DNA from: Archangiaceae bacterium
Lineage (GTDB): Bacteria; Myxococcota; Myxococcia; Myxococcales; Myxococcaceae
Direction: 5' to 3'
Length of the DNA: 5,182 bases
NCBI GenBank assembly: GCA_016879935.1
Contig: JAACJQ010000314.1
Coordinates: 1 to 5,182 of the forward strand
The translations under genes were made by a program, and so were the position numbers. How positions within the stretch are numbered: the first letter of the stretch is position 1; every line of letters starts with the position of its first letter. Of the stretch, positions 5,055-5,182 are shown piece after piece. The notes under the pieces are model-generated. The model searched no databases. It saw nothing but the letters and a program-made list of their open reading frames with translations, and had not been told where the DNA came from.

Positions 5055-5182
5055 ATGGCCGACAGGCTCGACTACTACTTCCGGCAGCGCGTTACCGAGG
5101 CCGAGCTCGACCTCGGCTTCAGCCTGCTCGAGAAGGCGCTCCACAACCTCGCGGCCGACCTGCGCATCTACGGCGTCGTCTC
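5055..5182 (+). CDS. Hypothetical protein, N-terminal 42 codons (3' end outside the window); possibly the next virion structural gene
   Basis: ATG 5055 begins [42 protein letters not shown] with almost uniform G/C third positions. The same frame is open upstream through the tRNA (ATG 4962), but codon bias there is mixed. Function is not recognised. The structural-gene suggestion rests only on position after a gpI-like gene. Confidence 0.55.
   Translation, partial: MADRLDYYFRQRVTEAELDLGFSLLEKALHNLAADLRIYGVV

Noticed and set aside
4720-5056. Minus-strand ORFs 4720-4986 and 4745-5056
   Set aside because: They are antisense to the 121-aa gene and to the tRNA, and nothing supports them as coding.
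1-5182. Frequent CTCGAG hexamers throughout the window
   Set aside because: These are explained by abundant Leu-Glu (CTC GAG) dipeptides in GC-rich coding sequence. There is no regular spacing to suggest a repeat array or CRISPR.

Overview
High-GC window, roughly two-thirds G+C by eye. Every credible gene is on the + strand, and the many minus-strand ORFs in the track look like antisense shadows. No homology or structure search was possible, so all family assignments are motif recognition from memory. The window opens with the C-terminal part of a P2 gpI-like phage tail/baseplate protein (1-345). A lower-GC intergenic leader with a strong Shine-Dalgarno follows. Next comes a same-strand block with no evident virion-structural signature: a 198-aa hypothetical protein (432-1028), ATGA-coupled to a 658-aa protein with four copies of a CPxC..H..C..HP zinc-finger-like module (1025-3001); a GT-B/GT4-like glycosyltransferase (3048-4097); a PTH2-like (peptidyl-tRNA hydrolase 2 fold) reading frame with no canonical start codon (4159-4551), preceded by a 17-codon ORF with a good SD in the neighbouring frame (4143-4196); an ATGA-coupled 121-aa hypothetical protein (4548-4913); and a tRNA-like gene (4927-5001). 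The tRNA-like gene has a good cloverleaf but a 9-nt anticodon loop. A new CDS starts at 5055 and runs off the window. The most interesting signal is that the tRNA loop contains U-AAUG-A. This is the exact complement of two in-frame CAUU quadruplets in the leader ORF, and reading either as a four-base codon shifts the ribosome into the PTH2-like frame. That is a hypothesis for a phage-encoded recoding pair, not a demonstrated one.
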